Shown here piece after piece: positions 59,663 through 64,000 of a stretch of 64,000 nucleotides of DNA. The stretch's first letter is position 1. Each line of letters begins with the position of its first letter. Under the pieces are notes generated by a model. It ran no database searches, was not told the DNA's origin, and was given only the letters and a program-made list of their open reading frames with translations. Source of the DNA: an uncultured Bdellovibrio sp. (GTDB lineage Bacteria; Bdellovibrionota; Bdellovibrionia; Bdellovibrionales; Bdellovibrionaceae); assembly GCA_963932905.1 (NCBI GenBank), contig CAWVRN010000008.1:66047-130046 (forward strand). The letters run 5' to 3'. A program made the position numbers and the translations under genes.

Positions 59663-60352
59663 TTATTTCTTAGCTGGAGCTTTAGCATCTTTAGCAGGAG
59701 CTGCTGCTGCTGGTGCTTTACCTGCCGCTGCTGCTGGTGCTGCTGCACCGGCTGCTGGAGCTGCCGCTGCTTCAGTTGGAGCTGCTGCCGTTTCTTCTTC
59801 GATTGTAGTTACAACCGCAAGAGTTAAATCTGCTGCAGAAATCATTTTCACGCCCGCTGGTAATTTTAAATCAGATACGTGAACTGATTCGCCAACACCA
59901 AGGTGAGAAACGTCTACAGTTAAGTTTTCAGGGATGTCAGTTGGAAGGACTTCGATTTCAACCTGACGATTCACGATACTTAATAAACCACCTTCAGAAA
60001 TACCGGCTGGTTTACCTTCAGTTTTGATCTCGATAGATACGCGTACTGTTTTAGTTAAATCTAAAGCGTAAAGATCAGCGTGAACTGGGCGACGAGTTAA
60101 TGGGTGAATGTCTACAGATTTGATTAGAACAACTTTACCATTAGCATCTTTGATTGAGCTTTTTAATGTGAAAAGAGCATTGTCGAATTTTCTAGAATTG
60201 AATTTGATTACGTCGTTTTCAGCCATGCTAACATTTACGTTAGTGATAGCGCCGTAGATAACTCCCGGAACTTTCATTGCTTTTCTTAATGCGCGGTTGT
60301 TGTGTTTACCGTTGCCACGTGGCTCTACAGTTAGTTCGTGTCTTTGTTTCAT
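59663..60352 (-). CDS. rplY: 50S ribosomal protein L25/Ctc
   Basis: VPGVIYG, HP......HAD, DVSHL.VGESVHVSDL, Ala/Pro-rich tail; lies between prs and pth. Start moved to 60352. Confidence 0.93.
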   Translation of the reverse strand: MKQRHELTVEPRGNGKHNNRALRKAMKVPGVIYGAITNVNVSMAENDVIKFNSRKFDNALFTLKSSIKDANGKVVLIKSVDIHPLTRRPVHADLYALDLTKTVRVSIEIKTEGKPAGISEGGLLSIVNRQVEIEVLPTDIPENLTVDVSHLGVGESVHVSDLKLPAGVKMISAADLTLAVVTTIEEETAAAPTEAAAAPAAGAAAPAAAAGKAPAAAAPAKDAKAPAKK

Positions 60353-60493
60353 ATCATCCTCTTTCAAGTACTTTCTATAAACAAGTTAGTTTGTTATTTT
60401 AAAAGTGTATTGTTGAATGACGAGAATTAGTCCACGACGGCCAAAAGGGCAAGAAAATTCATCGTTTTTTTGAAAAGTTCACACCTAAAAAAA

Positions 60494-61438
60494 CTAGTCG
60501 AACAAGCTAGATACGGAATCGTTGCCGTAAATACGTTTAATCGCTTCTGCCAGAACTGGAGCCATGGAAATGACTTCGATTTTGCCGCTCTTTTTGGCTG
60601 CTTCTGTCAGTGGGATCGTATCGGCTACGATTAATTTCTCGATGGGGCTTTCTATTAGGCGCTGAATAGCTGGGCCCGATAGAACCGGATGAGTTCCCAT
60701 AGCCAAAACGCGTTTTGCGCCATGCTTAAGAATAACATCAACCCCTTGAGTTAGAGTTCCTGCCGTATCGACCATGTCATCAACGATAATCGCTGTTTTA
60801 TCTTTCACTTCGCCGATAAGGTTAAGGGCTTTAGCTTCATTCGGGCTTGTGCGGCGCTTGTCGATAATGGCCATTGTTGAATCAATTCGTTTAGCAAAGG
60901 CACGAGCGCGTTCCACGCCACCGGCATCGGGGCTGACCACTACAAAATCAGAACCGGAGCCGTATTTTTCGCGAAAATTGCGAGCTAACGTTGGGATCGC
61001 AAACAAGTGATCGACCGGAACATTAAAGAAACCTTGGATCTGAGCTGCATGTAAGTCTAAGCAAACAACACGGTCCGCACCCGCTGATGTTAAAAGATCA
61101 GCCATACATTTAGCCGAGATCGGAGCGCGAGGTGCAACCTTTCTGTCTTGGCGAGCGTAACCGAAATAAGGAATGACCGCCGTGATATGCGCTGCCGATG
61201 CACGTTTGATCGCATCTAACATGATGAAGAGTTCCATATAGTTTTGATTTACAGGAGGGCAGGTGCTTTGGATTAAGAACACGTGACATCCACGGACACT
61301 TTCTTGAATTTCGACTTGGATTTCGCCATCAGCGAAGGCTGATATTTTGGATTGTCCTAAAGCGACTCCGGCTTCTTGGGCAACTTTACGTGCGAGTTCG
61401 ATGTTCGAGTTACCAGAGAAGATTTTCAAGTTTTCCAT
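60494..61438 (-). CDS. prs: Ribose-phosphate pyrophosphokinase
   Basis: FADGE, PYFGYARQDRK, DLHA.QIQGFF, SPDAGG, DDMVDTAGT. Start moved to the ATG at 61438. Confidence 0.97.
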   Translation of the reverse strand: MENLKIFSGNSNIELARKVAQEAGVALGQSKISAFADGEIQVEIQESVRGCHVFLIQSTCPPVNQNYMELFIMLDAIKRASAAHITAVIPYFGYARQDRKVAPRAPISAKCMADLLTSAGADRVVCLDLHAAQIQGFFNVPVDHLFAIPTLARNFREKYGSGSDFVVVSPDAGGVERARAFAKRIDSTMAIIDKRRTSPNEAKALNLIGEVKDKTAIIVDDMVDTAGTLTQGVDVILKHGAKRVLAMGTHPVLSGPAIQRLIESPIEKLIVADTIPLTEAAKKSGKIEVISMAPVLAEAIKRIYGNDSVSSLFD

Positions 61439-61541
61439 AGACGCCTCACGGATTTGAAAATTTATAACACTGGTAAGATTTTTTGACAAAAGCTAATCTT
61501 TAGACAGAGAAATTTTACTCAGAGCGCGAGGTAGGAAATCG

Positions 61542-62135
61542 CTAGGTTTTTAGGCGATCAAGAAACTTGCGTAGAGCTAGTGTTCTATGGGAGTGGGTTA
61601 ATTTATAACCGGGGCCCAACTCCGCTAAGCTTTTCGTTTCACCATCAGGAATAAACACAGAATCATAGCCAAAACCATGAGTGCCTTGTGGCAGTTTTCC
61701 GATAGTGCCCCAAAGTTCACCTTCAAAGACCCATTCTTGATTGTCTGGTGTCATGATCACTAGGCAGCAGAAAAATCGGGCTTTTCTGTCGCTAACATGT
61801 CGAATGGTCATCATTTTAAGCAGTTTCGCCGTATTTTCGCTATCGCTAGCGTGAGCTCCTGCATAACGAGCCGAATGAATTCCGGGTAGGTTACCAAGTC
61901 CAACGACCTCTAAACCGGTGTCATCGCCTAAAACCCAGTCTTTGTCGCGTACTGCTTTTAAGGTTCTGGCTTTGATACGAGCATTGTCTAAATATGTTTT
62001 GCCGTCTTCAGGGCGGGGAGTGAACGCTTTCAATTCATTTTGATGATGAAGGGAAATATCTAGAATTTGAGTGCCCAGAACCTGTTTGATTTCTTTCAGT
62101 TTGCCTTCGTTTCCGGTCGCAATCCACATTTCCAT
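61542..62135 (-). CDS. rdgB: Non-canonical purine NTP pyrophosphatase (RdgB/HAM1)
   Basis: ATGNEGKLKE, DDTGL, PGIHSARY, GFGYD, SHR. Confidence 0.95.
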   Translation of the reverse strand: MEMWIATGNEGKLKEIKQVLGTQILDISLHHQNELKAFTPRPEDGKTYLDNARIKARTLKAVRDKDWVLGDDTGLEVVGLGNLPGIHSARYAGAHASDSENTAKLLKMMTIRHVSDRKARFFCCLVIMTPDNQEWVFEGELWGTIGKLPQGTHGFGYDSVFIPDGETKSLAELGPGYKLTHSHRTLALRKFLDRLKT

Positions 62136-62147
62136 ACTGTTTCACCC

Positions 62148-62903
62148 TTATAAGCTGATGATGCCGCTGAGAACACGTTTTTGTTCAGCGATTAGTTCCT
62201 GACAACCATGGCGAGCCACCGTCATCATTTCAAGTAATTGCACTTCACTAAATGGTTCGCTTTCTGCTGTACCTTGTATTTCGATAAATTCATTTTTAGC
62301 ATTGATCACAAAATTCATATCCGTGTGAATTTTTGAATCTTCGTCGTAGTTTAAATCTAATAGTGGAATACCATTATCTAATCCAACACTGACCGCTGAC
62401 ACGTAACTTTTTAAAGGCAATGTCGAAATCGCTTTGTTGTTTTTCATTTTGTTTAAAGCAATAGCCAATGCTACGAAACCACCAGTAATAGCGGCGGTGC
62501 GGGTACCACCGTCAGCATTAATTACATCGCAATCGATGATGATTTGTTTTTCATAGATTGCTTTTAAATCAACAGCGGCGCGAAGCGAGCGCCCAATGAG
62601 GCGCGAAATTTCTTGCGTGCGTCCGCCCGTCATTGATTTTTCACGTTTGATGCGTTGGTGGGTTGAACGTGGTAGCATGCCATATTCCGCTGTCACCCAA
62701 CCAGATCCCGAACCGATGAGCCAAGGTGCCGATTTGTTTTCAACAGAAGCCGCACATAGGACGCGTGTTTTGCCAAATTCCACCATGGCAGAGCCTTCCG
62801 CGTATTCGACTACGTCAGTAGTGATTTTTACTGTGCGCATTTGGTTGTATTTGCGGCCATCTTTACGAGCCATTTTTTCAAAATCTGATTTGGTTAAGTT
62901 CAT
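62148..62903 (-). CDS. rph: Ribonuclease PH
   Basis: AEGS, GWVTAEYGMLPRST, GRTQEISRLIGR, ADGGTRTA, DMN, EIQGTAE. Confidence 0.97.
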   Translation of the reverse strand: MNLTKSDFEKMARKDGRKYNQMRTVKITTDVVEYAEGSAMVEFGKTRVLCAASVENKSAPWLIGSGSGWVTAEYGMLPRSTHQRIKREKSMTGGRTQEISRLIGRSLRAAVDLKAIYEKQIIIDCDVINADGGTRTAAITGGFVALAIALNKMKNNKAISTLPLKSYVSAVSVGLDNGIPLLDLNYDEDSKIHTDMNFVINAKNEFIEIQGTAESEPFSEVQLLEMMTVARHGCQELIAEQKRVLSGIISL

Positions 62904-62921
62904 GGAGTCTCCGAGAAGACA

Positions 62922-63668
62922 CTATCTCGGAGTCGGTGTATTTTCGTCAAGTAAATTTGCGGCAGGGTAATTCGCTCGGGTGTAGCGTTTTATTGAATCT
63001 GCTATTTTTAAAGCCAGATCATTTCTGTATTCTTCATTCATCAGCTTTTTATTATCTTTGGGGTGACTTAGAAAGCCCACTTCAATCAAAACACTTGGCA
63101 TTTGCGTTTGAGTCAGAACATAGAATGGTGCTTGTTTGATATTTCCCGGCAAATCATTTTGTAGAGCGCGTGTTAACTTCAGACTTTTTTTTGATTGAAT
63201 ATTTTCCTTAATATCTTTCAGAATTTTTGAAATATCTTTAGTTTTTGATAACTCGATAGCGTCGTCTCCGGAAGATTCGACAGCATCCGCATCTTTGGCA
63301 ATATGTTTAACCGACGCAAAACTGCGTTTGTTTGGCGTTAGGAAAAATTCAAGGCCGTAGGCACGTTGATCACTAGACGCGTTTGCATGCAAGCTCACAA
63401 ACAAATCACCATCAAATTTTTTAGAAAGTTGTACGCGTTTTTTTAAACTGACGAATTCGTCTTTGGATCGAGTCAGCATGACGTTGAGCTTGTCTTGTTC
63501 TAAATACTCTTTTACTTTTTGTCCAACCATCAAAACAATTTTAGATTCCTCCGCTGAACCGTAAGAAGCCCCTTTATCAAAACCACCGTGTCCTGGATCT
63601 AAAACGACCGTCAGACACAACGCTGTTTTCGTGATGAAAAGTAACGGTAAAAAAAAATCTAAACGCAT
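62922..63668 (-). CDS. N-acetylmuramoyl-L-alanine amidase (Amidase_3)
   Basis: VLDPGHGG.D.GA, LTR, VSLHAN, APFYVL, PSVLIEVGFLS; short signal peptide. Confidence 0.93.
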   Translation of the reverse strand: MRLDFFLPLLFITKTALCLTVVLDPGHGGFDKGASYGSAEESKIVLMVGQKVKEYLEQDKLNVMLTRSKDEFVSLKKRVQLSKKFDGDLFVSLHANASSDQRAYGLEFFLTPNKRSFASVKHIAKDADAVESSGDDAIELSKTKDISKILKDIKENIQSKKSLKLTRALQNDLPGNIKQAPFYVLTQTQMPSVLIEVGFLSHPKDNKKLMNEEYRNDLALKIADSIKRYTRANYPAANLLDENTPTPR

Positions 63669-63699
63669 CTTTTTATTTTCGTTTATTTTATTTTTTTTG

Positions 63700-63776
63700 A
63701 GAAGTCCATAAAGGGGAGAAAAGGTTGACGACCAGGTTTGGGGGGGGGGGACCTGGCCGCCATGGGGGGGTTGCTT
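63700..63776 (-). ncRNA. Candidate C-rich structured RNA (sRNA or 5' leader of the amidase gene)
   Basis: Minus strand: C7 run, then a 12-bp stem UGGCGGCCAGGU/ACCUGGUCGUCA with two G-U pairs closing a C11-AA loop, then CUCCCC. Begins about 12 nt downstream of a sigma-54 motif. The ends are approximate. Confidence 0.55.
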
Positions 63777-63784
63777 TATACATA

Positions 63785-63802
63785 TTGCAACGGTAGGGCC
63801 AA
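63785..63802 (-). promoter_or_regulatory. Candidate sigma-54 (RpoN) -24/-12 promoter
   Basis: Minus strand TTGGCCCTACCGTTGCAA = TGGC-N7-TTGCA with exact GG-N10-GC spacing; IHF-like TAAcgtgTTTATT at 63829-63841. Confidence 0.7.
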
Positions 63803-64000
63803 AGTCGTGAGCTAGCTATTTATGCCTATAACGTGTTTATTTTAGATAAGGACTCGAAAGTGATGTCTAACAATTTGATAGGGACGACAATTGTCGGTTC
63901 CTTTCTGGGTAACCGCGGTCTCGTTTTGAGATTGGTCTAGTTGAATTGAACTGGCCCCTTAGCCTGCGGCTAAGGCCAAGTAAAATATCGTCAAATCAAG

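Noticed and set aside
60368..61541. tRNA gene near prs/rplY, as in many proteobacteria
   Set aside because: No cloverleaf or T-loop GTTCRA pattern with matching stems in the intergenic gaps.
63740..63770. G11 and G7 runs as phase-variation tracts or a G-quadruplex
   Set aside because: They are outside coding sequence and promoter spacers. The G11 run sits exactly in the loop of a strand-specific hairpin, which a C-rich RNA on the minus strand explains better. Not fully excluded.
63669..64000. c-di-GMP riboswitch / merRNA-type element
   Set aside because: I cannot find the GEMM consensus (GGUCAC/GCAAA...GAAA tetraloop and receptor) on either strand.

Overview
Gene-dense, AT-rich (roughly 40% GC by eye) chromosomal segment of a Bdellovibrionota bacterium, probably Bdellovibrionaceae. 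The assignment is inferred from the gene set: an LD-carboxypeptidase+NTF2 gene divergent from fliL and an M16 protease pair, a bacterial topoisomerase VI operon, a mitochondrial-type aconitase, and several PilZ, STAS and orphan HAMP proteins. Most of the window is housekeeping (hisC-cmk-rpsA-sppA, acn, grxD-bolA, sucA-sucB-lpdA, gpmA, hutI, glpK, slt, ychF-pth-rplY-prs-rdgB-rph, amidase_3). I found no tRNA, rRNA, CRISPR array, transposase or prophage. The best leads are: (1) a sigma-54-type promoter driving a structured RNA with a poly-C-loop hairpin at the right end (63.67-63.93 kb), not explained by any ORF; (2) a PilV/PilW/giant Cys-rich PilX-like minor-pilin module with no PilY1; (3) the HNH + topo VI locus with a structured leader and a repetitive Top6B tail; (4) a ZnuB-ZnuA fusion that keeps an internal signal peptide; (5) a degenerate hydantoinase/oxoprolinase A+B pair; (6) a divergent lysozyme-fold protein next to NamZ; (7) three sigma-28 (FliA)-like promoters. 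All functional calls come from motif recognition only; no searches were run.
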